Positions 38,987-48,862 of a DNA stretch of 64,000 bases are shown here, piece after piece. The stretch is taken from the NCBI GenBank assembly GCA_035687205.1, contig DASRYK010000074.1, positions 728-64,727 on the forward strand, written 5' to 3'. The stretch is from Methylocella sp. (GTDB taxonomy: Bacteria > Pseudomonadota > Alphaproteobacteria > Rhizobiales > Beijerinckiaceae). Each line of letters starts with the position of its first letter. Position 1 is the stretch's first letter. The position numbers and the translations under genes are program-made. The notes below the pieces were generated by a model, which saw only the letters and a list, made by a program, of their open reading frames with translations, ran no database searches and was not told where the DNA came from.

Positions 38987-39068
38987 CAGCCCCCCGCAAA
39001 TCGTTTTTTGTGGCCGTGCCGGGTCTAAGAAATCCTTGTCTCAGCGCGAATTCAAAAATTGAAAAGCT

Positions 39069-40049
39069 TTAGTTCGCGGCAACGCCCCCTTGCCAAATCG
39101 ACACGAGCCCGTCAAGCACGCGGATTTGCGCAGCCTCGGCAGCCTTGTCGAGCGCCAGGCCCGCTCCTTGAAACCCAAGAAGCCCGGCGCCCTGCGCGAA
39201 AAAGCTCAATATGCCAAGGCGCTCAAGGGTCCGGTCCGGTTTCCAATCGCGCACGGGAAGACCTTTGGCAATGTTGCGCTCCTGCTCCAGCCAAGCAAGG
39301 GCGTCGCGTTCGTCGCCAAGATGATCGACGAGATGCAGATTAATCCCTTGGCGGGCCGTGAAAACGCGGCCATCCGCGACAGCGCTGAGCTCCTCCGCAG
39401 AGAGGTTGCGCCGCTCCTTCACCAGCGACTTGAACCAGGCGAAGCTGTCATCCACGAGGCCGGCAAGGGCGGCCTGAGCCTCAGGCGTCACCGGCTCGAA
39501 GGGGTTCGGCGCGCCTTTGAGCGGCGAAGACTTCACATCCTCGACTTTCACGCCGATCATGTCGAGCAATTTCATGATATTTGGAAATTGAACGAGAACG
39601 CCGATTGACCCTACAAGAGCATTGCCGAGGGCGACGATCCGGTCCGTCCCAAGCGCGGCAATATAGCCGCCCGAGGCCGCCACATTTCCCACAACTGCCA
39701 CGGTTGGCTTACGCTCCGAGAGGCGGCGTATCGCTTGGTAGAGCCGCTCGGCGCCTGCCGTTGTCCCCCCAGGGCTGTCGATTGCAATCAAGACCGCCTT
39801 CACGCTTGCCGCGTCCTGGATTTTCTGAATGAGCTTCAGCGTCTCGCGGTCGCCCGTGATCACGCCCTCGATCGAAAGCCGCGCGATATGCGGGGTCAGA
39901 TTCAGGGGTGAGCCTGCTCCGAGACGGGTAAGCCCTGCAGCGGCGACAGCAAGAATGAACGCCGTGAAGGCCGCGGCGCGCCAATAGGACAACCGGCGTC
40001 GCAAGCCGCGCCGTTCGACTAGATACTCCGGCGGGAGAGCTGCCATCAC
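39069..40049 (-). CDS. sppA: Signal peptide peptidase SppA (36K type)
   Basis: IDSPGG, AASGGYI, GSIGV, KSSPLK, DGRVFT. Usual position upstream of ihfB. Confidence 0.93.
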   Translation of the reverse strand: MMAALPPEYLVERRGLRRRLSYWRAAAFTAFILAVAAAGLTRLGAGSPLNLTPHIARLSIEGVITGDRETLKLIQKIQDAASVKAVLIAIDSPGGTTAGAERLYQAIRRLSERKPTVAVVGNVAASGGYIAALGTDRIVALGNALVGSIGVLVQFPNIMKLLDMIGVKVEDVKSSPLKGAPNPFEPVTPEAQAALAGLVDDSFAWFKSLVKERRNLSAEELSAVADGRVFTARQGINLHLVDHLGDERDALAWLEQERNIAKGLPVRDWKPDRTLERLGILSFFAQGAGLLGFQGAGLALDKAAEAAQIRVLDGLVSIWQGGVAAN

Positions 40050-40315
40050 ATTCCCTTCATTTCCGCGCTATTCACTTCGGCGAATCGCGCCGGGGCTTTG
40101 CCCCAATCGCCATGGATGTCAAGCGCATATGATCATCAAAACAGATCCGCCGCCATACCACAACTGCCCCAGAGGGGCGCGCCGTAAAGAACCTTGAGTG
40201 GCGGTCCGCAGGGGCTTCGTTCTGCAGCCCGGAATGGCTTTAGGCGGTTTTTCCTGGAGAGGACGGTATGGTCAATTCTGAATTTCGTGTTGCCAGAGGG
40301 TATTAATATGACTGA

Positions 40316-40936
40316 GAGCCTGTCTCAAAAGCGCATTGCACGCGTGCTGGTTGCATGATTCACGGTTGCAGTGGGGCTGGAACGGTGATTCGCGATGTGG
40401 ACGGCAGAGCAGCGGGTGATCTACCGGCGTGACGAGGGGCGCTTCCTTGAAGCCGGCGGATAAGGGGGCGGCTTCGACGGCGAGGCAGGCTATGACGCCG
40501 GAAAGAAGGTCAAGGGGCGTAAGATTCACGCCCTTGCCGATACCGAAGGGCTGCCGGTCCGGGCCGCCGTTCACTCCGCCGGCCTCCAGGACCGCGGCGG
40601 CGGCGCCTTCGTCCTCGACAAAATCCGCCATCGCTTCCCCTGGCTCGGCCTGGTCTGGGCGGACAATGGCTGCAATGCCCGGCAAGTCGAGGCTGCCGTC
40701 GCAAAGGCCCCCGTGTTGCGCCTCGAGACCGTCAAGCGTAGCAGCGGCCTGAAGGGCTTCGCCGTCTTGCCGCGCCGTTGGGCCGTCGAGCGAACCTTCT
40801 CCTGGTTCGGCCGCAACCGCCGCATCGCCAAGGGTCACGAGAACCTCACCGAAACCCTCGCTGCCTTCGTCACGCTCACCTGCATCCAAATCGCGATCAG
40901 GCGGCTCGCGCAATAGTTGCCTTTTAAATCAGGCTC
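40316..40936 (+). mobile_element. Internally deleted IS5-family element (IS1031-like)
   Basis: Imperfect TIRs GAGCCTGTCTCAAAA / TTTTAAATCAGGCTC, flanked by TGA on both sides (40313-15, 40937-39). Transposase remnant inside. Confidence 0.85.
40395..40916 (+). pseudogene. IS5-family transposase remnant
   Basis: MWTAEQR..YRRDEGRF joins directly to a stop and GYDAGKKVKGRKIH..WADNG..RRWAVERTFSWFGRNRR. HTH region and first DDE Asp are missing. Confidence 0.85.
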
Positions 40937-41333
40937 TGACGCCTTACCCCTTGAACGCATCATCATAGGGGCTAGTTTGGTGCGTGCACTTAAAAATATA
41001 TATAATTATATGATATACGTATATACTGCCAATGTTTAAGGATAAATCTGACAACGGCCTGAATCCTGCAAAAAGATATAGTGTGAGATACTTTTTTCAA
41101 TTGGGATAAGAACTCGCAATTTGTACTTGTCTCAGCGGTCCACGCCGGATTTTCATCATAGTTGTCGTATATTGATTCCCTCAACCCCGAACTTATTTTG
41201 ACGTGCGTTCTCGCCCCTCCTGGCATAGTGTGTGCTTTTGAATCTTCGGGTTTGGCCAAGACCTTGCGGTTCGCCTTTCCTTGAAGAGTGCCCCTTTTTG
41301 ACCGGTTGAATTCCCGGTTTGTGAAATCGCGCG

Positions 41334-42851
41334 ATGCAGCAGCAATTCTACGGGAATATCGAGATAGGCACGGGCGGCAGCAAGGAGCTTGGCCCCTGGG
41401 CGGCGGGACGGTGCTTTGACGAAATGACCCTCGCCGATGGCGCTATCCGGCTGGCCTATGCCAAGATCGCACGCTGGCTTGCCGCCACGCCAGCCGCTGT
41501 TCTCGCTTCACGCCGCACGCAAGCCGAGCTCCTCTTCCGGCGTATCGGCATCACATTCGCGGTTTACGGGGAAGATCAGAAGGATGGGACCGAAAGACTC
41601 ATCCCCTTCGATATTATTCCGCGGGTGTTGTTGCGCTCGGAATGGGCGAGGCTCGAATCCGGGCTCGTCCAGCGCGTGAAAGCCCTGAATTGTTTCCTCG
41701 CTGACATTTATGGCCCGCAGGAGATCATCAAGGCAGGGCGGATCCCGTCTGATCTAATTGCCCGGAATGCCGAGTACCGCGAAGTGATGGCCCGTTTCCA
41801 GGTGCCCCACGGAATCTATGTTCATATCGCCGGCATCGACCTTGTACGCACCGGCGAAAATGACTTCTACGTGCTCGAGGATAATGTGCGCATACCATCC
41901 GGCGTGTCCTATATGCTGGAGAACCGCGAGGTGATGATGCGCCTGACGCCTGACCTCTTTGCCGAGCATCGTGTGGCGCCTGTCGAGAATTATCCTGACG
42001 CTTTACTGGCAGCGTTGCGCTCGGTTGCCCCGCCTGCTGCTGCAAGGGAGCCCACAATTGTTGTGCTGACCCCTGGGCGTTACAACTCGGCTTATTACGA
42101 GCATTCCTTTCTGGCGGATAAACTTGGCGTCGAGCTTGTCGAAGGCAGCGATCTGCTCGTCAAGGATGATACCGTTTATATGCGCACCACGGAAGGCGCA
42201 AAGCGCGTCGACGTGATCTATCGCAGGGTCGATGACAGCTTCCTTGATCCGCTCGTTTTCAGGCCCGATTCTGTCCTCGGCGCACCAGGCCTGATGAGAG
42301 CCTATTTTGCAGGCAATGTGACCATTTGCAATGCAGTTGGAACCGGAATCGCGGATGACAAGGCCATCTACACCTATATGCCCGAGATCATTGAGTTCTA
42401 TCTCGGCGAAAAAGCAATTTTGAAGAACGTGCCCACTTGGCGATGCCGGGAGCCAAGTGCTTTGCGTTACGTGCTCGACAACTTGGCTGAGCTCGTCGTT
42501 AAAGAAGTTAACGGCTCAGGCGGGTATGGAATGCTCGTCGGCCCGCATGCCACAAAGGCTGAACGGGAGACTTTCGCAGCGAAGCTATCCGACAATCCGG
42601 AAAATTTCATAGCCCAGCCAACGCTAGCGCTCTCCACAGTCCCCACCTACTTTGATGCCGGCATAGCACCACGCCATGTCGATCTGCGGCCCTTTGTGCT
42701 GACCGGCACGGCCGGGATCCGGGTGGTTCCAGGCGGGCTGACCCGTGTAGCGTTGAAAGAGAAATCCCTTGTGGTCAATTCGAGCCAGGGTGGAGGAACC
42801 AAGGACACATGGATTGTCGAAGATTCGATCTTCGATGAGGCTTTTCTTTGA
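41334..42851 (+). CDS. Circularly permuted ATP-grasp type 2 protein (DUF404/407)
   Basis: GITFAVYG, PFDIIPR, GIDLVR, LEDNVRIPSGVSY, NSAYYEH, VIYRRVDD, GTGIADDKA, VVNSSQGGGTKDTW. Confidence 0.93.
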   Translation: MQQQFYGNIEIGTGGSKELGPWAAGRCFDEMTLADGAIRLAYAKIARWLAATPAAVLASRRTQAELLFRRIGITFAVYGEDQKDGTERLIPFDIIPRVLLRSEWARLESGLVQRVKALNCFLADIYGPQEIIKAGRIPSDLIARNAEYREVMARFQVPHGIYVHIAGIDLVRTGENDFYVLEDNVRIPSGVSYMLENREVMMRLTPDLFAEHRVAPVENYPDALLAALRSVAPPAAAREPTIVVLTPGRYNSAYYEHSFLADKLGVELVEGSDLLVKDDTVYMRTTEGAKRVDVIYRRVDDSFLDPLVFRPDSVLGAPGLMRAYFAGNVTICNAVGTGIADDKAIYTYMPEIIEFYLGEKAILKNVPTWRCREPSALRYVLDNLAELVVKEVNGSGGYGMLVGPHATKAERETFAAKLSDNPENFIAQPTLALSTVPTYFDAGIAPRHVDLRPFVLTGTAGIRVVPGGLTRVALKEKSLVVNSSQGGGTKDTWIVEDSIFDEAFL

Positions 42852-42950
42852 GAGAATCTGCATTGTGGCAGAATCCGAGCGGCAGATGCCCGGCCTGCGG
42901 CTCCACCCATACCGGCTCTGTCTCATATGACTGATCCTTAGAGGCATCCA

Positions 42951-43910
42951 ATGCTTTCGCGCACAGCCGACAGTCTTTATTGGCTGGCGCGCTATATCGA
43001 GCGCGCCGATTTTCTTGCCCGCATCATCAAAGCAGCGCAACGCCTCGCAACCCTGCCGACAAGCTATCCCGGAACGGGCACCGAATGGGAAAGCGCACTC
43101 GAATCGTCTGGCGCAGCCCAGGCCTTTCGCGCGACGCGCGGTGCCGCCGAGGAGGCAAGCGTCATTGATTTTCTGGCCTTCGCGCCGGACAATCCATCCT
43201 CTATCCGCAACTGCCTCAAATATGCCCGTTCGAATGCGCGCTCCGTCCGCACGGCTTTGACTTCGGAAATGTGGGAGGCGATCAACGGCGCCTGGATAGA
43301 GCTTGGGCGCTTCGAGGCTGGCGGCGGCGGTTCCAGCCGGTATGATCGCGAGTCACTCTCGCATTTCTTTGAGTTTGTGCAAAAAACCTCGCTTGACTAT
43401 GACGGATCCGTCGAGCGCACGATGCTGCGCAATGATGCTTACTGGTTTTCACGTCTCGGAATCTATATTGAGCGCGCGGACAACACAGCCCGTATCTTAG
43501 ATGTCAAATATCACGTGCTCTTGCCAGAAAACGAAACCGTTGGCGGTTCTGTGGACTATTTCCAGTGGACAGCCATCCTCCGCGCGGTCTCTTCACTCAC
43601 GGCCTACCATTGGGTCTACCGCGAAAGCGTGAAACCCTGGCTCATCGCTGATCTTTTGATTCTCAAGAAAGAAATGCCGCGCTCGCTGATCGCCTGCTAC
43701 GACAGCATTACTTACTTCCTCGATGCGATCGGCAACGCTTACGGCCGCTCCGGCCCGTCGCAACAGCAGGCGCATGATGTGCTTGCCCGCCTTTCCGCGG
43801 CGACAACCGGTGAGGTTTTCAAAACCGGCTTGCACGAGTTCCTCACCGCATTTGTCGAGGATAACGACCGGCTCGGGCATGCCATTAATAAACAATATCT
43901 GCTGCACTGA
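42951..43910 (+). CDS. Alpha-E domain protein (DUF403)
   Basis: MLSRTADSLYWLARYIERA, NARSVR..LTSEMWE, IERADNTARILDVKY, MPRSL (repeated ER motifs). Confidence 0.93.
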   Translation: MLSRTADSLYWLARYIERADFLARIIKAAQRLATLPTSYPGTGTEWESALESSGAAQAFRATRGAAEEASVIDFLAFAPDNPSSIRNCLKYARSNARSVRTALTSEMWEAINGAWIELGRFEAGGGGSSRYDRESLSHFFEFVQKTSLDYDGSVERTMLRNDAYWFSRLGIYIERADNTARILDVKYHVLLPENETVGGSVDYFQWTAILRAVSSLTAYHWVYRESVKPWLIADLLILKKEMPRSLIACYDSITYFLDAIGNAYGRSGPSQQQAHDVLARLSAATTGEVFKTGLHEFLTAFVEDNDRLGHAINKQYLLH

Positions 43911-44481
43911 GAGGCAGCCTCCGCCCGGTGCGCCGCGGGAAAAGCCTGAACCAATCCGCGAGGCTTCTTGCCGGAGAAAAGATTTGGCTCCGCCTCCTTC
44001 AAACCCAAGCACTGTCATTCAAAAGCCGGAGAACGCTGTCATTATCAATATTAATATTAGCTGCGTTTCCGGTCTCTTCCCCGCTCCGGCCAGGCCCCGC
44101 CTTATTCGCTAGACTTGCCGAAGGGTTTTCCAATGCCTAATTGGCGCTTGACGTTTCGCTGCCTCAATATATTGATGTACGATGATTTATATCGTAACAT
44201 TTTCTTAGTTACGGTCAGAGCTTTGCCCGCCGTGAATGCGCATACTGTAATTGCATGTGTAATCATAAAGAAAAAATGTGCTCGGGCTTCTTGCGGCAAT
44301 GATCATATGCGAACCCGCCCGCAGGGGCTTATGACCGCGGCGGGAAGCAATAAAATCTTCTGCAAGAGACTTTCCGTTTTCTTGGGTTATTCAATGCAGC
44401 GTCCTTAGCCTAATGCGCTGCTCGATTTTATGAATTCTTGAATTTGAAAACATATCTTCAAAGCTTCATAAGGACTGCGTT

Positions 44482-45492
44482 ATGACGGTGCTGGTGACTG
44501 GCGGTGCGGGTTATATCGGCGGCCATATGGTTCTGGCGCTCCTCGATGCAGGGAAACGTGTAATTGTTCTTGATGATCTATCGACAGGTTTCCGCTGGGC
44601 AGTGCCTGCAGCCGCCAAGCTCGTTGTGGGCGATGTTGGTGATTCCGGTCTCGTGGACCAGCTCTGTGCCACATACGAAATTGACACCATTGCTCACTTT
44701 GCGGCGAAAATTATAGTCCCAGAATCCACCGCCGCTCCGTTGCCCTATTACCTTACGAATACGGCCAAGGCCCGGAATCTCCTTGATTGCGCGGTGCGCA
44801 ACCGCGTCAGGCACTTCATCTTTTCCTCAACGGCAGCCGTTTATGGCGAACCCGCAGTTGTGCCCATACCCGAAACCGCTTCCCTCGCACCGATCAATCC
44901 TTATGGCCGCTCAAAGCTTGCTGCCGAATGGATGCTCCAGGATACCGCAGCAGCGCATGGGTTGAAATTTGCTATTCTGCGCTATTTCAACGTCGCCGGC
45001 GCCGACCCAAGGGGCCGTCTTGGCCAGTCCACAGCAAAGGCGACGCATCTCTTCAAGATTGCAGCGCAAGCAGCCGTCGGCATCCGCCCTTATGTCGAAG
45101 TCTATGGCTCCGATTATCCGACACCGGACGGCACTTGCATCAGGGACTATGTTCAGGTCACCGATCTTGTTGATGCGCATCTCCTGGCCCTGAACCATTT
45201 GAGGGCTGGAGGAGAAAACATCATTTGCAATTGCGGCTACGGTTTTGGTTTCTCAGTGCTCGAAGTCATCGGCGCAATGAAGCAAGCCTCGGGTGTTGAT
45301 TTCGAGGTTCGCATGGCGCCGCGCCGTCCAGGTGACCCGGCCTCGCTCGTCGCAGCCACGGACCGAATCTCGTCTGTTCTCGGATGGAAGCCAAAATATG
45401 CCGGTCTGGAGGTGATTGCCTCGCAAGCCTTAGCATGGGAGCACAAGCTGAAGAAGAATTCAGGCGTGGACCAGCGGGCTCCTGCCTTCTGA
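44482..45492 (+). CDS. galE: UDP-glucose 4-epimerase
   Basis: LVTGGAGYIG, HFAA, FSSTAAVYG, PYGRSK, LRYFNVAGAD, DGTCIRDY, RRPGDP. Confidence 0.95.
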   Translation: MTVLVTGGAGYIGGHMVLALLDAGKRVIVLDDLSTGFRWAVPAAAKLVVGDVGDSGLVDQLCATYEIDTIAHFAAKIIVPESTAAPLPYYLTNTAKARNLLDCAVRNRVRHFIFSSTAAVYGEPAVVPIPETASLAPINPYGRSKLAAEWMLQDTAAAHGLKFAILRYFNVAGADPRGRLGQSTAKATHLFKIAAQAAVGIRPYVEVYGSDYPTPDGTCIRDYVQVTDLVDAHLLALNHLRAGGENIICNCGYGFGFSVLEVIGAMKQASGVDFEVRMAPRRPGDPASLVAATDRISSVLGWKPKYAGLEVIASQALAWEHKLKKNSGVDQRAPAF

Positions 45493-45503
45493 GAAGCGTT
45501 TTT

Positions 45504-46772
45504 TCAGGTATTCATTGATTCGAAAAATGCGGCGTTGCCTTTGGGGGTCTCTCGCAATTTGCCAAGCAAAAACTCAATTCCGTCCACTGTGCCCATTGGA
45601 TTGAGGATACGCCGCAGAACGTACATTTTCTTCAAAATATCCGGGGGAACAAGCAGCTCCTCCTTACGGGTGCCGGACCGCGCGATATCGATTGCCGGGA
45701 AGGTCCGCTTATCGGCAACCTTGCGGTCAAGGATGATCTCAGAATTGCCGGTGCCTTTGAATTCCTCAAAGATCACTTCATCCATGCGGGATCCGGTATC
45801 GATCAGCGCCGTTGCGATGATTGTCAGGGAGCCGCCTTCCTCAATATTGCGCGCAGCCCCAAAGAACCTTTTCGGGCGCTGCAGCGCATTGGCGTCGACA
45901 CCGCCCGTTAGGACCTTGCCAGAAGAGGGCACCACAGTGTTATAGGCCCGGCCGAGCCGGGTGATGGAATCGAGCAGAATCACGACATCCCGCCCGTGCT
46001 CAACAAGCCGCTTGGCCTTCTCGATGACCATTTCAGCCACCTGAACATGCCGGACGGCTGGCTCGTCAAAGGTCGAGGAAATGACCTCACCGCTTACCGA
46101 TCTTTGCATGTCGGTCACTTCCTCGGGCCGCTCGTCGATCAAGAGAACGATGAGATAGCACTCGGGATGATTGGCGGTTAGCGATTGTGCAATGTTCTGC
46201 AATAAAACGGTCTTGCCTGTGCGCGGGGGGGCAACGATCAAGGCGCGCTGGCCTTTTCCAATTGGCGCGACAATATCAATCACCCGCGCCGATAAATCCT
46301 TCTTCGTTGGATCATCCACTTCGAGCTTGAGCCGCTGATCAGGATAGAGCGGCGTCAAATTGTCGAAATGCACCTTGTGCCGGATCTTATCGGGGTCCTC
46401 GAAATTGATTGAATTAACCTTGAGCAGCGCAAAATAACGCTCCCCTTCTTTCGGACTGCGTATCATCCCCTCGACGGTGTCGCCAGTCCGCAAGCCAAAC
46501 CGGCGAATCTGCGAAGGTGACACATAGATATCGTCTGGCCCGGGAAGGTAATTTGCGTCTGGTGACCGGAGAAAGCCAAAGCCATCTTGCAGCACCTCGA
46601 TGACACCTTCTCCGATGATCTCGACATCGCGGCTTGCCAATTGCTTGAGGATTGCAAACATCAACTCCTGCTTACGCATGATCGAGGCATTCTCGACCTC
46701 GCGCTCCTCCGCAAAGGCAAGCAGCTCGGTAGGCGACTTGCGTTTTAAATCCTGCAGTTTGATTTCCTGCAT
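45504..46772 (-). CDS. rho: Transcription termination factor Rho
   Basis: [47 protein letters not shown]. Confidence 0.98.
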   Translation of the reverse strand: MQEIKLQDLKRKSPTELLAFAEEREVENASIMRKQELMFAILKQLASRDVEIIGEGVIEVLQDGFGFLRSPDANYLPGPDDIYVSPSQIRRFGLRTGDTVEGMIRSPKEGERYFALLKVNSINFEDPDKIRHKVHFDNLTPLYPDQRLKLEVDDPTKKDLSARVIDIVAPIGKGQRALIVAPPRTGKTVLLQNIAQSLTANHPECYLIVLLIDERPEEVTDMQRSVSGEVISSTFDEPAVRHVQVAEMVIEKAKRLVEHGRDVVILLDSITRLGRAYNTVVPSSGKVLTGGVDANALQRPKRFFGAARNIEEGGSLTIIATALIDTGSRMDEVIFEEFKGTGNSEIILDRKVADKRTFPAIDIARSGTRKEELLVPPDILKKMYVLRRILNPMGTVDGIEFLLGKLRETPKGNAAFFESMNT

Positions 46773-46988
46773 CTTAATGATGTCCTTGGACGCTTAATGC
46801 AGATCTGGCGGTGCGGTGAGATTTCGCGAATGCTGCTTCCGGAGCTTTGTCGGCCGGAGCAAACGCTCTGAACAAGGCGCGCAGGCAGCGCCAGAACTTT
46901 GGTGAGTTCATACGTGGGGGATAACAATTAAATAGATCAATTCAATGGCTTTGACAAGCCTCAGGGCGCCAAGGATTTTCAGTCGCGG

Positions 46989-47420
46989 TCAAAATGGCTT
47001 GAAAACGGCCAAAAAGACAATCCCTGCCATGAGAACTGTGGGGACTTCGTTGATGATACGGAAAAAACCCGCGCCGTGGCAGTTTGTCCCATCCTCCAGG
47101 CTTTTCCGTATCCTGGCGAAATAGCCATGGAGTGCACTGAGAAAGATGACCAGAAGAAACTTGGCGTGAAACCATCCTGTGTCCAGGTAGCCCCCTTTGA
47201 CCGCCAGCAAAAGCCCGGTCACCCATGTCACGAGCATCGCCGGCAGCATGATGATGCGCATGAGCCGCCGCTCCATCACAATAAAGGTTCGAGCTTGCCC
47301 CGGCTCCCCTGCTGATAAGACATGATAGACAAACAGCCGCGGCAGGTAGAGCATCCCGGCCATCCAAGAAATGACGGCAAGGATATGGAGGGTTTTGATC
47401 CATAGATAGGGCTCACTCAT
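46989..47420 (-). CDS. hemJ: Protoporphyrinogen oxidase HemJ
   Basis: WIKTLHILAVISWMAGMLYLPRLFVYH, MERRL, NEVPT, KPF. Confidence 0.95.
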   Translation of the reverse strand: MSEPYLWIKTLHILAVISWMAGMLYLPRLFVYHVLSAGEPGQARTFIVMERRLMRIIMLPAMLVTWVTGLLLAVKGGYLDTGWFHAKFLLVIFLSALHGYFARIRKSLEDGTNCHGAGFFRIINEVPTVLMAGIVFLAVFKPF

Positions 47421-48472
47421 GATAAGGAGCCTGACCGCAAGATTTCCAGCATGCGCTCAACGTGACGAACCGGTGTCTCGGGCACAATCCCGTGGCCAAG
47501 ATTGAAAATATGCGCCCGCTCTTTGAAGGCCGAGAGAATATTACGCATCCCAAATTCAAGAGCTTTCCCGCCGGCAGCGAGCGCCAGCGGATCAAGATTT
47601 CCCTGGAGAACGAGTCGATGCTCGAATCCCTTTGCAGCCCGCCAAGGATCGGCCGCGCTGTCAAGCCCAAGGGCATCGATGCCGGCGCAAGCTGCCGTTC
47701 CCGGCACCGCAAAGGCGGCTCCTTTCGGAAAAGCGATGATACGAGCTTTCTTATGGCGCTGCCGCAGTTTTGAGGCAATTGAGGCAAGAGGCGTGAGGCA
47801 CCAGCGCTCAAGCTCTGAAGCGGGGAGCACGCCTGCCCAGGTGTCAAAAATTTGTACAGCATCGGCACCGGCTTCGATCTGCCAGGAGAGGTGATCAATC
47901 GAGGCCTCCACAAGCCGGTCGATCAGCCGCTCAAAGAGGTTAGGATTGCGGTAGGCGAGCAGTCTGGCAGGCGCCTGATCAGGCGTGCTTTTGCCCGCAA
48001 CCATGTAGCAGGCCACCGTCCATGGCGCACCGCAAAAGCCAATTAACGCCGTTTCTTTAGGAAGCTTCTCCTTCACTCTTTCCACGGTCTCGAGGATGGG
48101 GCTTAGGCGGGTTCGGCTAAGCCTCGAATCCAGCTTCGCGAAATCCTCCTCTGTCGAAATGGGGGCGAGCCTTGGCCCTTCCCCGGATTCGAATGAGACT
48201 TTCTGGCCGAGCGCATCGGCCACAACCAGGATGTCGCTGAACAAAATCGCAGCATCGAAGCCAAACCGCCGCACGGGCTGTAGCGTAGCTTCAGCTGCAA
48301 GCTCTGGCGCGTAGCAAAACTCGAGAAAAGTCCCGGCTTTCGCCCTGAGTGCCCGGTATTCCGGAAGATAGCGCCCGGCTTGCCGCATGAGCCAAACGGG
48401 GGGCGGAAACAGCCTTTCCCCGGACAGGACCCTGAGAAATGGCTTTGTCTCGATGCTAGAGGTTTTATCCAA
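47417..48472 (-). CDS. hemE: Uroporphyrinogen decarboxylase
   Basis: PVWLMRQAGRYLPEYR, ILFSDIL, QIFDTWAG, LQGNLDP, FNLGHGI. Start set at TTG 48472 (approximate). Confidence 0.96.
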   Translation of the reverse strand: MDKTSSIETKPFLRVLSGERLFPPPVWLMRQAGRYLPEYRALRAKAGTFLEFCYAPELAAEATLQPVRRFGFDAAILFSDILVVADALGQKVSFESGEGPRLAPISTEEDFAKLDSRLSRTRLSPILETVERVKEKLPKETALIGFCGAPWTVACYMVAGKSTPDQAPARLLAYRNPNLFERLIDRLVEASIDHLSWQIEAGADAVQIFDTWAGVLPASELERWCLTPLASIASKLRQRHKKARIIAFPKGAAFAVPGTAACAGIDALGLDSAADPWRAAKGFEHRLVLQGNLDPLALAAGGKALEFGMRNILSAFKERAHIFNLGHGIVPETPVRHVERMLEILRSGSLS

Positions 48473-48479
48473 TGCGCTT

Positions 48480-48862
48480 AAATCCTCATCAATCAAGAAA
48501 CTTCTCTTAAGAAGATTGTTTTTCTTCTTTGAAGGGCCAGTTAGGCGTATTCGCAGCCATGCACAAGCCCGCAGCCGGAAAATAGGAATCTCCCATTCTC
48601 AACAGGGCAGGCTCTCGGGAACGGCTGAGGCTCATCTTTCCACGATTTCAAGGGGAAGAAACACTTCTCCCGCGCATATATCAACAGCTTGCAGTTGATC
48701 CCATGCATTCACAAGTGCGGCAGATAAATTGTCCAGCTTGTGTTTCCGGTGGAAAGGATAGCGGTGGTTTCGCAAGAAAATTGTTGCTGACAGTCAGCAG
48801 CGGAAGTTATCCACAACCTCACCCGGCTTGCTCTTGAATCATTTCAAAAGGAATCATCGCTC
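48480..48862. other. Probable chromosomal replication origin (oriC)
   Basis: Position between hemE and the PPDK-regulator gene, as in other alphaproteobacteria. Perfect DnaA box TTATCCACA at 48807-48815 plus degenerate boxes at 48636, 48678, 48705, 48748. AT-rich tract 48480-48530. GANTC sites at 48586, 48836, 48851. Confidence 0.8.

Noticed and set aside
40272-40913. 213-aa minus-strand ORF in the IS
   Set aside because: Antisense shadow of the IS5 transposase remnant.
40990-41259. 89-aa low-GC ORF
   Set aside because: No recognisable family, it runs into an AT low-complexity tract, and it has a weak TTG start. Not called as a CDS.
44115-44408. 97-aa ORF upstream of galE
   Set aside because: Atypical composition in an AT-rich promoter-like region, with no RBS or motif.
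48478-48492. CtrA site at oriC as a separate feature
   Set aside because: Only TTAA-N7-TCAA, one mismatch in AT-rich DNA. Too weak to call alone.
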